Source: Vicugna vicugna
Lineage: Eukaryota
DNA length: 64,000 nt
Assembly: GCA_013265495.1 (NCBI GenBank)
Contig: MU058423.1
Location: 4,944,793-5,008,792, forward strand
Reading direction: 5' to 3'
Under the pieces are notes generated by a model that had not been told where the DNA came from, made no database searches, and saw only the letters and a program-made list of their open reading frames with translations. Position numbers and translations under genes: made by a program. How positions within the stretch are numbered: the stretch's first letter is position 1; the number at the start of each line of letters is the position of its first letter. Shown here piece by piece: positions 13,110-25,130 of the stretch.

Positions 13110-13380
13110 ATAGCTCACATACAGGCTTAGCTGGCATAGAGCTTACTGCATGCCCTTCACTGTTCTAAGTGCTTTACTTCTGTTAAATTATTTAAGTACT
13201 CATACTCCAAACAACACTTTGAGGAGATGTTCATTAATGTGATAACAATGTTACATATATAGAAATGGAGGCACAGAGACTTAGAAAACCTGGCCGAGAG
13301 TATATAGCTGCTAGCAAGAGCAGCCAGGATTCAAACCAAGGTGTCTGATTCTAGAGATGGCTATGCTGCTAACCATTACA
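13110..13380 (-). mobile_element. MIR SINE, near full length
   Basis: GAGCTTACTGCATGCC...CACTGTTCTAAGTGCTTTAC...GAAATGGAGGCACAGAGA...CCAGGATTCAAACCAAGGTGTCTGATTCTAGAG. Confidence 0.85.
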
Positions 13381-14219
13381 TTAAGCTGACTTTCCAACGC
13401 AAGAGCATTCTTGTAGCAGTTGCGCATAATGAAACCAAAGTATGGATCTACATAATTAAAACTACTGAGGATCGGATCTTCTGAAATGATCAAATCTGAC
13501 TTTGTTCATCACTTCTTCATAATCTTTTTAAATCAAAAGTTTTATTGATGTTTCTTTCACTGCTTTTATAACAGAGAAGGATGTTCCCTAAAAGTTTTTT
13601 GCAGACATTGTTTTCTGAACTGGAACATACCACGTAACATCTTCATTCTTTTATTTGTTCTCAGAGAGAGAGGAAAACTCTTGTGGCCTAGAAGCCTCAG
13701 GAAGGAAAGAGGAGGTTCTCAGACGCCGTTTTACTGACTGTGAGATATCCTCTGGCAAGCTCACTGATCTCTCAACCTCAAACTCTCTCTTCTTAAATAC
13801 CCCGGAGATGGTAGGACGGGATGTTTTGGACTCTAGGAGGAAGATAATCTAGGCAGTTCATTTTGTGCTAGAAGCATTTCTCTGGAGTTGAGCTGCATGA
13901 TAAGATGAAGTTGCAAGTAGAATGTAGTCTCTGGACATTGACTTTAATGATCATGTTAATAATTGAAATGTTGTAAGGGACTGGGTCTGGTGTTAAATAA
14001 TACAGGCCCTTTTTTGCCTACAATTTTTTTCTCTTCTTGTAATTTCTTATTTGTTAGAGCACAATTTAGTAGGAAAAATTAACCTTGTGAACCTGTAGTA
14101 GATAGCGTTATTAACATTTAACTAGAAACATGCTTCCTAGTTATTTTTTCTTGAGTTAGAAGATCGTTTCATGTGAATCATTACATGATTCTCATGCATT
14201 TTGGAGTCAGAGGTAATAG

Positions 14220-14660
14220 ATGCTGAGGAATACCATATTTTGATTCTTCTTCTGACATTCTTCCTGATACATCTTGATGCCTACGATATATGTCGGATAT
14301 TTAATGGGTTGTCTCCAGGGCAGCATGTCTAAAAGAGAATGTGTACTTCCTCCCCCACTTCCTCCCAAAGTCTTCTCTATCCTAGTCTTCCCCATCATAA
14401 TTCATAATATCACAATTCACTCAGTCATTCTTACTGCCAAACTATGGAGTCACCTTTGATTTCCTTTTTTCTTTCCAATGTCACTTCCAATCTTTCAGCA
14501 AGTTTTCCTATCTCTACGATCTCTTTGGTTTCTTGTTAACCACTATTTTCAATTTTCATTATCCCCATCATCTATGTCACTAAGCTCTGCCCTCTGGCTT
14601 ATAATATCAGACTTCCATAGTCCCCCTGTTTTCACTCTTACTCCTCCATATGGCACCAAG
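14220..14660 (+). mobile_element. L2 LINE fragment
   Basis: CAGCATGTCTAAAA...AACTATGGAGTCACCTTTGATTTCCTTT: pyrimidine-rich L2 3' region. Confidence 0.65.
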
Positions 14661-16246
14661 TGTGATCTATAATACATAGAAAATCCTAAAGATGCCACCA
14701 GAAAACTACTAGAGCTCATCAGGGAATTTGATAAAGTTGCTGGATTAATTAATCCATAGAAATCTGTAGCACTTCTATACACTAACAATGAACTATCAGA
14801 AAGAGAAATTAAGGAAACAATCCCATTTACCATCCCATCGAAAAGAATAAAATACCTAGCAACAAACCCATCTGAGGCAAAAGATCTGTACTTGGAAAAG
14901 TATAAGACAATATTTTATTCTATTTTATTTTATTAGCAATAAACCCATCTGAGGCAAAAGATCTGTACTTGGAAAAGTATAAGACACAGATGAAGGAAAT
15001 AATACCATACAAACGGATGGAAAGATATACTGTGTCCTTGGATTGGAAGAATCAATATTGTTAAAATGACCACAGTGCTCAAGGCAATCTGCAGACTCAG
15101 TGCAATCCTTTTCAAAATACCAATGGCATTTTTCACAGAACGAGAACAAATAATTTTAAATTTTGAATGGAAACACAAAATATCTGAAATAACCAAAACA
15201 ATCTTGAGAAAGATACAAAGCTACAATAATCAACAGTATGGTACTGGTACAAAAACAAACACATAGATCAGTGAAACAGGATAGAAAGCCCTGAAGTAAA
15301 CCCACTCTTATTGTCAATAAATCTACCACAAAGGAGGCAAAAATATACATAAAATGGAGAAAAGACAGTTTCTTCCATAAGTGGTGCTAGAAAAACTGGA
15401 AAGCTACACGTAAAAGAAAGAAATTGGAACATTCTGTAAAATCATACACAAAAATAAACTCAAAATGGATTACTGACTATAATACTGAAAAGTATAAAAC
15501 TCCTAGAGGGAAACATAAGCAGAACACTGTTGGACATAAATCACAGAAATAACTTTTTGGATTTGTCTCCTAAAGCAAAGGAAAGCTTTTGCTCAGCAAA
15601 GGAAACCATCAACAAAATGAAAAGACAAACTACCAAGAGGGAGAAAATATTTGCAAATGAGATGCTCATGGTTAATCATGGTTAATATGGTTAATACCCA
15701 ATGTATATAAACAGCTCATACAACTCAACATCCAAAAACCAAACAACTCAATTAAAAATGGGCAGAAGAACAGAACAGACATTTTTGCAAAGAGGGAATG
15801 CACATGGCCATAGGCATATGAAAAGATATTCAGCATCACTAATCGTCAGGAAAATGCAAATCGAAACCACAATGAGACATCATCTCACACCTGTTAGAAC
15901 GGCTATCATCAAATGAACACAAATAACAAATGTTGACAAGGATGTGACGAAACGGGGATCCTCATATGCTATTGGTGGGAATGTAAATTGGTACAGCCAC
16001 TGTGTAAAACAGTGTGGAAGTTTCTCAAAAAACTAAGAATAGAACTACCATATGAACCGGCAATTCAACTCCTGGGTACATATCCAAAACAATCAAAGAC
16101 ACTATTTTGAAAAGATACTTACACAGCAGTATGTGTATACATACTGCATAACAGTTCATAGCAGCAATTATGTATAATTGCCAAGATACAGAAGCAACCT
16201 AAATGTTGATCAACAGACGAATGGATAAAGAGGACATGAGATTTTA

Positions 16247-16305
<59 letters not shown>

Positions 16306-16640
16306 ATGAAATACTACTCAGCCATAAAAAAGAATGAAATTTTGCCACTGGAGGCAACATGGATGGACTTGGAGGACATTATGCTAAGTGAAATAAGTTA
16401 GACAGAGAAAGACAGATACCGTATGACATCACTTATATGTGGAATCTAAAAATACAATAAATTAGTGAATATAACAACAAAAAAACCAGGCACAGATATA
16501 GAGTACAAACTAGTGGCTACCAGTGGACTGGGAGGGGGGCAACATAAGGGTGAGGGAGTAGGATGCACAAACTATTGGATGTAAGAAAGGTTACAAGGAT
16601 GTACTGCACAACACAGGGACTATAACTAATATTTTCTATT
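14661..16640 (+). mobile_element. 5'-truncated L1 (ORF2 3' half and 3' UTR), cetartiodactyl type
   Basis: Track ORFs give ORF2p peptides LKAICRLSAILFKIPMAFFTE (15066..) and HMKRYSASLIVRKMQIETTMRHHLTPVRTAIIK (15701..). The 3' UTR reads ...GGTTACAAGGATGTACTGCACAACACAGGGACTATAACTAATATTTT. Frameshifted and inactive. Confidence 0.95.
16247..16305. repeat. (ATCT)n microsatellite inside the L1
   Basis: About 14 ATCT/TATC units with one interruption. Confidence 0.95.
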
Positions 16641-16644
16641 AAGG

Positions 16645-16915
16645 TGCAAGTAATGCCGTGTGATGTCTGAAGCTCAATTATAAAAAGCTGTAAAGTTTGC
16701 TTGCTTCTCTTTGAAAGCTCACTGTCTGGACACTTCCTCTCAGAATCTGGCTGAAGTGCTGTGAGATCCCATGCCACATGGAGAAACCACAGACAGGTTT
16801 CTGTTCACCAGTCCCAGCTGAGCTCAGTCTTCAGATCATCTGGCACAGGAGCCAGATGTGTGAGGGGAGAGCCTACGGATCGTTCCAGCCTCTAGCTTCT
16901 GAGTCTTCTCAGTTG
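16645..16915 (+). mobile_element. MLT1 (F/G/H-like) LTR fragment
   Basis: GCCACATGGAGAAACCAC...CAGTCCCAGCTGAGCTCAGTCTTCAG...GAGCCAGATGTGTGAG. Confidence 0.7.
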
Positions 16916-17410
16916 GTTTCTGTGTCCTTTCCACACGCCCACCACATTCTTTGAGCACTTCCTTGCCTTCTGGCACCAATAAGACATTCTAGGACATTTT
17001 GTAGTACTCTTGCCTCAGCCCTTGAACCAACCATTTCTCCAAAAAGCCCTGATTCCTTTTAGTGGAAAATAATAAATAATATTTAGAAAACATCATTATT
17101 TTTATGTTACTGCTATTCTCAGTAGACAGACTATAGAATATATATATATATATATATACACAAATATACAAATTCACAAACTTAAACATGAATTTAAATC
17201 TATATTCATTTCCAAAGTTACCTATGTATCAAAAACCATTAGTTCACATCACAACCTCCACTCCAATCTAACACCACCTGTTAATTCTAGCTTTCTCTCC
17301 TTCCATATTTGTAACTCCTTTCTCCAAAGTGAGAAACCTGGTTTTCATTATTTTTAATATATTAGTTAACATATTTCCTTAATTCTCCTATGTGTCACCA
17401 GTTTCTGTTT
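16916..17410 (-). mobile_element. L1MC4-like 3' UTR fragment
   Basis: TTTGAGCACTTCCTTGCCTTCTGGCAC...CAACCATTTCTCCAAAAAGCCCTGATTCCTTTTAGTGGA...CCAAAGTGAGAAACCTGG. Confidence 0.8.
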
Positions 17411-19594
17411 CTGCTACACCTCCCCAGCCTGACTGGTCTCAATTCCCCGTCTGGACCCATCTCATCTGAGTACAACCCTGACATCATTTCCATTACCTAA
17501 CCCACCATTATTAAAAGAAAAATCCATTTGTATATCTTAAAAATAACTTCCTTTGAATTAATATTTAGATTCCACTACATTCTAAAAAGGACTTAAAAAC
17601 AACTGACGTGAAATGATTTGGGGAGACTGATTTATACAAATTAATTTTGGAGAAAATGCATCAAAAACACATTTTTGAGTTGGTACGTCATAAACATGTT
17701 CCAAATATAGTCAGGCATCTGTCTCAAGTGAAACCCATAGGTAGAAGAGAAAACCAAATAAATAAAATAACTGAAACATAATTAAAAAAAATACAGTGAG
17801 AAAAAAAACTTGGCATAGGAAAAAAAATCATGCAAGCCTTGGGATACGAGGATTGTACCTGAGGACAGACTCTCCCAGGCATGAACCTACAATGCTCAAG
17901 ACCATATTAAGGCCTCAAGGTGGTCTGAGCATTAGCCAAAGTGGTCTGATATGCAGGCACTTTGCACGAGACACAGTGGAGGAGGAAGCTAGAGAGAAGG
18001 CTGGTGTCCCGAAGGCTGGTGAACTGTTCTGAAGCCAAGTTATGAGCCCAGGTCTAGCTGTGTTGGAGCTCAGATACTATTCAGAGGCACAGAGGAAAGA
18101 AGAAAGCTAGCCAAATCTAGGCAAGAATTTGGTCCTCATATTTGCAGACTGAGTAAAGGAACTGCAATTAAATCATGAATTGGCAAAGAAACGGATATTA
18201 CTGAAACTATAAACTATAGATATAGGGGAAAGCACGTGGAAAGAAAGGAGGAGAGTCCATTTTCATAAATGAGCAGATCACGGCGGGTGATGAGCCAGAC
18301 TCCCTGGATACTAGACTGAAAAGCAGTGTAATTAGTTATAATTCCTACCTACGTTAGCGGCTGATGTCCTGAATATTTTCTCAGGATAAGTCGATTGACT
18401 CTGACTGGGTAGGGCTATGTCCGCTTAATTTAGACAGACCAACTGGGAAGGTAGTGGTAAATGTCACATCTCATCACTTCATGTATGAATTAAAAAATAT
18501 ATAAAGGGATTTACTTTAGAAATGAAGTTTGTCCCCGCACCTAATTTCTCTACGCTGTTTTTAAACTTTGTTTTTGCTTTTCAACATCTTCGATTGTATA
18601 TTTTATCCTCATATTTGATGAATTATGTACAATAAATGCTTTCTGTGATATCAGAATCACCAGAAATTGAATCTTAGCTAACTTAACTTTTTTTAAAAAT
18701 GAGGAAATGGCAGAAAAAAGTCATCCTTCAAGAAGAGAATAAACATTTCAAAAATAGATTTATTTCAACCTGACAAGGGATGTTGGCTATTTCTTTTTAA
18801 AAGCTTCACTGGGAGATTTGTAACTAATATATTTGAAACACAAGTTGCAGTCATGTGACTGCCTGCTCAAATGATTGTGGTGTAGAGTGAATATCAATGA
18901 TGAGTTTTACTAGGACAGATAAAACTCAGACTACTTTGTGACAGAAATACTTACTCTCTCCTTATATATATGCCAGTATAAACTTCCACTGTTGTTTCAA
19001 AATGAAAGGTGAAATTATATAGCTTCATATTTGTTAGCTGAAAGTTTACATCTAGTACCTGTTTCTAGATATTAAGACTCGTCCTTTAAGTACTATTTGA
19101 TTCAAGTCTTTAATCACCAAATTTCCCAGATGCTTACTTCCCTTTCACTCGCTGTTTGAGCTTGTAACCCAGATAAAACTCTCTTAAATTAGATACCTTT
19201 TGCAGCAAGTTTCCTAGATTCCAATGATAAATTTATTTTTGAATATCTTCAGTTAGAAAGCATTCCAGTTTTACCTTGTTTAGTGAGCATCTTGTAATGG
19301 AACATTTTTGTTTTCTCCTTTGACCAAGGAGGTTGAATCAAGTCAACTATCTGGAGACTCAGATATTTGGTGGAGGCAGAAGGGAAAAAATCAAACTTGG
19401 AGTCATATTAATTTTTTTCTAATTTATTCCCTACAGAGTTGCTCTCAGATTCTTTTCCCCTTCAAGTTCTCTGAATCTTGCAATTAACTTTTAATTGGGA
19501 TCTACATACAACAGAATGACATGGTAACTAACATCTATTGAAAATCTACCATATAGGTGCCAGGCTTTGATTTAAGCCCTGGATAGTAATTCTT

Positions 19595-19756
19595 TTTTGG
19601 GGGGGGGTGTCTATAGACAGTTTATTGGAGGAGGAGCCACTTGGGGTGGCTACAGGCTGTAGATCCCCCATGGATCCCCCACAGAACCCTCTCCCAAACC
19701 AACACACTGGTAACCAGTATGCTGGGAGGGGAACCACTCTAAAGGCTGGCCGGAGC
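19595..19756 (-). pseudogene. Retroposed 3' end of an unidentified polyadenylated transcript (5'-truncated processed retrocopy)
   Basis: The minus strand reads ...CTCCTCCTCC-AATAAA-CTGTCTATAGACA-C9-A6. Flanked by TSD AGTAATTCTT (19585-19594 and 19757-19766). The GC-rich body is unlike its surroundings and I do not recognise it as a TE. Confidence 0.65.
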
Positions 19757-19766
19757 AGTAATTCTT

Positions 19767-20011
19767 TTTTTTTTTTTTGTTTTTATACATATCTTTTTTT
19801 AAATTTTTTTTTAAAATTTTTTTTTTTTAGTCATTCATGGACATATACACACATTGTCACATTTTTTTCTCTGTGATTTATCATAACATTTTATGTATAT
19901 TTCCCTGTGCTATACAGTGTAATCTTGTTTATCTATTCTACAATTTTGAAATCCCAGTCTATCCCTTCCCACCCTCTACCCCCCTGGTAACCACAAGTCT
20001 GTATTCTGTCA
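19767..20011 (-). mobile_element. Young short L1 3' end (camelid-like) with 14-bp TSD
   Basis: T-rich tail, then TTTCCCTGTGCTATACAGTGTAATCTTGTTTATCTATTCTAC...GGTAACCACAAGTCTGTATTCTGT. TSD GAGCAGTAATTCTT at 19753-19766 and 20012-20025. Confidence 0.9.
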
Positions 20012-20099
20012 GAGCAGTAATTCTTAATGCCTTCACAACACTTTTATGAAATGGTAGAACATTCTCCATTTTTACGTATAAAGAAACTAGCATATTTAT

Positions 20100-20960
20100 T
20101 TCTGATTTGCAAAACATTTAGAAGAAAGCCCAGAACAATTTTTCCCCTACTGATATTGGGTATGAAAATTTTTCTTTAAAAAGGCACAAAAAGCAGAAAC
20201 AATAAAGAAAAAAACTGATAAATTAGCTTGCAATAATCTAATAGTTTTGCAATGAATTAAATAAGCACAAATTAAGTAAAAAAGATAAAGCATAGCTGAG
20301 AATGTGTTTACAACATCTAAAATACACAAGGGCTTAATACTGAGACTATTTAACAGGCTTCTGAAAAATAATAAATGATAGACAAGGATTTGACCAGATA
20401 ATAAACAGAAGAAGAAACCTAAATGGCCAGCAGAGAAATATAAAAATATATATAAATATATATATATACTCCATATAAAATATAAAAAATATATTCAATT
20501 TTATTAAAATTAAGAAAATGTAATAAGTAGCACTGGAAAATTAACTTAAATTTAATAACTCAGTATGTTGATAAGTGCACTTTGAAGCACAATTTGGAAC
20601 TACCTATTAAAGTTGAAGATGGAGATCCCAAATAATGTAGCAAATCCACTTCTAAGCATCCATCATAGGAAATCTTTATCACATCTGCAGAAATGTATAA
20701 GGATGTTGGCTGGAGCACTTTTTTTTTTACAAAACCTAGAAACAATCTAAAAGTTCATCAGTAGCAGAACAGATAAACATTTATTCATAAAAGGTAGTTA
20801 TTTACAATAGTTACACATGAAATAACTAGATCTCTATGTTTAAATGTGAATGGATCTATTTTTTAAATGTAATAGCCTTTTTGTAACTTTCAACCAAGGA
20901 GTGAATTAGTATTGTCTACGGATGCAGAAACATGTGGAAAAGGTATAAAACCATGCATAA
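20100..20960 (+). mobile_element. Very old L1 (L1ME-like) ORF2 end/3' UTR fragment
   Basis: ACAGAAGAAGAAACCTAAATGGCCA...GCAAATCCACTTCTAAGCATC...AAACCTAGAAACAATCTAAAAGTTCATCAGTAG. Confidence 0.7.
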
Positions 20961-21109
20961 CAATTAAATTAGGTAAGTAATCCTAACTGATGTAACAAAC
21001 ATGGTAAAGTTGGTTTATCATGTCTACGTAGCCCCAAACTGGCACTCTTGGTTGGTGACCAGCCTTCCCAAGGTGATGACTCAGGAGACAGCCTGACATT
21101 GCGTAATAT

Positions 21110-21370
21110 TGGCAACTGATAAAGATAACACGAGATACTTATACTTCATTTATTATATGCCAGATGTTTTTCTGAGCACAGTACTTGTTTTAACTTATTT
21201 ATCCCTCCCAACACCTTTAGGAGACAGGCAATATTCTCAAGCCCATCTTCTGGGTTAGAAAGCAGAACCACAGAGAGATTAAATAATTAGCTCAAATTCA
21301 CTGAGCTATTCCATTTCAGGCCTGGGGTTTTTAATTCGGGCAGTCTACTTATAAAACCTGTGTTCTCAAA
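21110..21370 (-). mobile_element. MIR SINE
   Basis: TATATGCCAGATG...TTATTTATCCCTCCCAACACCTTTAGGAG...CACAGAGAGATTAAATAATT. Confidence 0.7.
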
Positions 21371-23249
21371 CAAGAAAACCTCCTGCTTATGCTAATATAT
21401 TTACTACTCACTGTGATTCATATTCTATTGTAACACATAAATATGGTATGGATAAGAAAATTACAAATAGAATCCCAAATCACATTTTAACCTTTTTCCC
21501 ATAAGATTTATTGAAATTCTCCCTTCCTGACAGTAATGGAGACATGAAAAGCATAGAATAAACTTGGCAAAGTGAAAGAGAGGCACAGAGATCAAAAAGA
21601 GGTATCCTTCATAATTAAAAGCAGTTAAGTTCTACTTTACATTTAGTTAAATTTAAAGAAAAGGTAGACGTTGACAATTTGGTTCTACATCAAACGTTCA
21701 ATATTATTAGACACTCAAGTTAGAGAAAATGTAAGATAAAAAGTTTCACTCATTATTCCGCTTTGGTTAGCCCCTTTTCCTCCTAAGAGCGACATTTTAA
21801 TGGCTTAGGATTTGCTGAGAAGCAACTAAAACTTTGAATAAAACGCAATCACAGAGAAGAAGAATGTCTACTACACAATTAGAGCTAGTAAGACTTCTTT
21901 GGATTTTGCCTCAGCAGTTCTTTACCTTCCTTTTATTTTTTTTTTCTTTGACTAATTAATTTTGCAGTCTGTGGTTTGTTTTCACTCATTAAATATTTTC
22001 TATATATTTTTGAGCATCCATTAAATTTTGCACCAGTCCATAAAATAACCTCCTACTTCTCACTCTTCACGGTCTCCCTCTTCAGAAAGACCAGAGGAAT
22101 AATTTTGCAGTTGTTTTGTATGGTCTTTAATGTGTACATCATCAAATTTGGCTTCTGATTGAAGATATCTATCAGGCTTCTCAATTAGAGGAACATTTGC
22201 CTAGAATCTTCTTCTGAATCTGGCCTCAATAAAGAGTCATTGATTTGAGGATTGTAGTATTTTGATCTGTCTTTTAATAAGCAGAACATTTCCAGAAATT
22301 ACACTTACACAGAATTAACAGGTGATTCTTTTAAAGCTATACTTAAAAATACCCCTATATGGCCTTACCCTGATTCGATTTTTTCCCAGTAAAGTATCTA
22401 TAATGTGTAAAAACCTTTGGGCATTTTCTCACAGTGATTCTTGAGTCTCTTTCCCTCATCTGCACAAGGGATATCATGAGTTTATTTTTAACCACTACTT
22501 TTGCAGATGGTAACTATTTTACTCAATAGATCATTTCTCTAAGGAATTAGCCAACATATATAAACATTCTGCAGGCAGGATTGAAAACTCCTCTTCTTGC
22601 ACCTTTGATTCAAGCTTTATTGCTTATTTACTTAGTCTGATGGGAATAAGCCTTTTCTTTTATGCTTCAAAGACAGAAAAAGAGATGTTTAGCTTCCTTG
22701 GGAAGAAAGGAGTTTTCCTTCCCATTTGTGTAGAAAGAAGTTGGTGAGGAGCCAGGCATTCCCTGAGGGCTGTCAGGGGGATCACAGAGATGTCTACCCC
22801 CTGGGAAGGGGTAGCTGAGTGCTTACCGGGATAGTGAACTATTTGGGCACAAGTTTGAGAAAAAAAGTTATGAATCGGTTGCAGATGGAAGCTGGCAGGC
22901 AGAAAAAGCAGAACGAATTTATATTGACGTTTCAGGTTATCCAACAAGGCCATTAGTATTCTCTCATGGCCATTGGGGAGGCAATGTCAGGGCGAAATTT
23001 TACTTAGGCTAATAATATTGATTTTTTGGTGTCCTTTAAGTATGAGAGCAAGGAAAGACGACTTCTGTCCTGATTATATTCACAGACCACAGGAATTTGG
23101 CTATGAAGTTGAGTTCTACTTCTTTGATTTTTACGTTATCACCATTCAAAAAATGCTTTTCCTTTTCACTTGGTTTTAGTAACTTTACTTCATTTTCATA
23201 TTTCCCATCAGGGTTATTTTCTAAGTTATGATTAAATATACACATAGAT

Positions 23250-23530
23250 TAATTCAATCACTGTTTCAGCAAATACTGATTGAGTACTCACTGTGTGCCT
23301 GCACTGTGTTGGGCTCTGAATATACAAAAATAAAAACTGATTCAGCCCTTAAGGAGTTTACAGTCTACTTAGAAAGGAAAGGTAACAAATGTTCAGAGTG
23401 AAGTGTGGTAAAGTGCTGTGAGTATTTCAAAGAGCAACAGTCTACTTCCAGCCTGGTGAGTTGGCACCTTCCCCGAAAGAGGGAGACGTTGAGTTGTGCC
23501 TGAGAGGTGGATGAGCCTAAGAGAAGAAAG
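23250..23530 (-). mobile_element. L2 3' end
   Basis: TTCAGCAAATACTGATTGAGTACTCACTGTGTGCCTGCACTGTGTTGGG...CCCTTAAGGAGTTTACAGTCTA. Confidence 0.8.
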
Positions 23531-24949
23531 TTAGTTACTGCTGTGTCACTATGTGATGCAGCCCAAATTTCTTCTCTCCTGAGATCTAGGCAGACCCACA
23601 CCTCAAAAGCACTGCTTTCGCATCCACTCAACCATTTCTTCCGCTCTCATGAAAGTTCCTACTGCCTGGGAGAGCAGGTGCACAGGTCAGCCCTGCACTC
23701 AGATACAGCCTAGAGGTATGTCTCATTCAGAGCTATTTTCATCCCTTATGCCCTCTGCTCCCAGAACAGAAGACATCTATTTACTGTATCAATATCTTAC
23801 ATCTATGTCTTAATATCTCCTGGACCTAAATTGAGAAAAATTAAATACTAAGTTTATGAAACTGAAATTCATTTCTTCAGTTTCCTGAAGCAATAAATGC
23901 ACCTCATTAAACAAGGGGATGGGAGAACATGGAGAGAACACGAAATTATAAGAAGCATAGTGGTTAATATTTCAGGAAATAATCCCCATACACATCTTTA
24001 AGTTGGATGAGGGGGACTGAGGAAGGAGGCTGAGAATTGCCCTAGGGTGCCGATATAAATTCTCCATTGTTCTACTGGACAGAGCAAGGGAAATGAAGCT
24101 ATAAACAAAATACTCCAAAAACATCTAAGTGTGGCATGAGTGGGCAGGAAATAGAAGAAGTGCCTCAGAAATGACTTCCCAGAGGAGGCTGCAGTTAATC
24201 TTATTATCCCATTTGACGCATGAGGAAACTGAGGCTCAGAGATGACTTCCTTAGGGAAGTTTTAATTTTCCATCTCAACATACAGATCACATTGTTGAGA
24301 AAATGGTGGAGACTATTGGTTTCTAGTAAAAAAAATATATATTTTCCAAGTTTTAAAAAATGTGCTATCCTAGGCAGAGATTTAGGGTCTGTCTGTGGTG
24401 AACTAGAAGCAGTCTAGCATGACTTAGTCTGTGCCAGCCTAATTTTTTTTTGTCCCTCAAATCTCCATTGGCTGCTTTAGAAAGAGGATCTTCTTTAAAT
24501 GCCACACATTATTTATCCAAAGATCATAACTCTGACAAGCAGAAATGAAAACTCCATTGCTTCCAGATGTCCAAAATGAAAGCTTTCCATGAGAAATTTT
24601 GCTCTTTAATTGCAGGTAATTTTATTAGAATTCTGTTTAGATCATTGTGGTGTCAGATAAAGTTTCAATATTTGCTAAAATCAGTTTGCATGCATGGCAT
24701 AGCTGGGGTCCCTGCGATGCAGTTCCTTTTCAAAACCGGTGCTTGCTTTTCAGAGCTTATCTGCAATAGTCACAGTCTTTATTTCATGAAGCCATTAAAG
24801 TAAAGGCATTTCAATGGGAAAGCAGCTATAACAACAGGGACCTAGATTTCATTATTAGCATAATTCACAATTATTTTTCAGTTCTAAAAAAGGAGACATT
24901 TTACAGTTATTCCAGCATTTCTGCCTTCAGAATGTAATGTACCTAGATC

Positions 24950-25130
24950 TATTATAACATTTACCGGGTTGTGTTGCAACTGTTTATTTACATCTTTGTT
25001 TCTCTTGCCAGACTAAGAGCTTCAAAATGGGCAAGAATTGCATCCTATCCCCTTTTTCGGTCCTCCCCAGTGCCTCAAGCAGTGCTGACCATATTGCTGG
25101 GGCTCAAGAAAGGTGCTTTCAGATAAAATA
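24950..25130 (+). mobile_element. L2 3' end
   Basis: AGACTAAGAGCTTC...TCCCCAGTGCCTCAAGCAGTGCTGACCATATTGCTGGGGCTCAAGAAA. Confidence 0.7.

Larger units (their letters stand above)
19545..20092 (-). mobile_element. MIR remnant hosting the two insertions above
   Basis: Removing the inserts gives GGTGCCAGGCTTTGATTTAAGCCCTGGATAGTAATTCTTAATGCCTTCACAACACTTTTATGAAATGG...CTCCATTTTTACGTATAAAGAAACT, colinear with reverse MIR. Confidence 0.6.

Noticed and set aside
14549..15916. Cluster of 64-94 aa ORFs on both strands
   Set aside because: These are sense and antisense frames of a frameshifted L1 ORF2 remnant, not host genes.
17790..18320. Possible ancient LTR (ERVL/Gypsy-like)
   Set aside because: The composition is suggestive, but I could not identify termini, a TSD or a family.
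23041..23110. Possible exon after TTTTTGGTGTCCTTTAAG
   Set aside because: No good donor site and no recognisable peptide.
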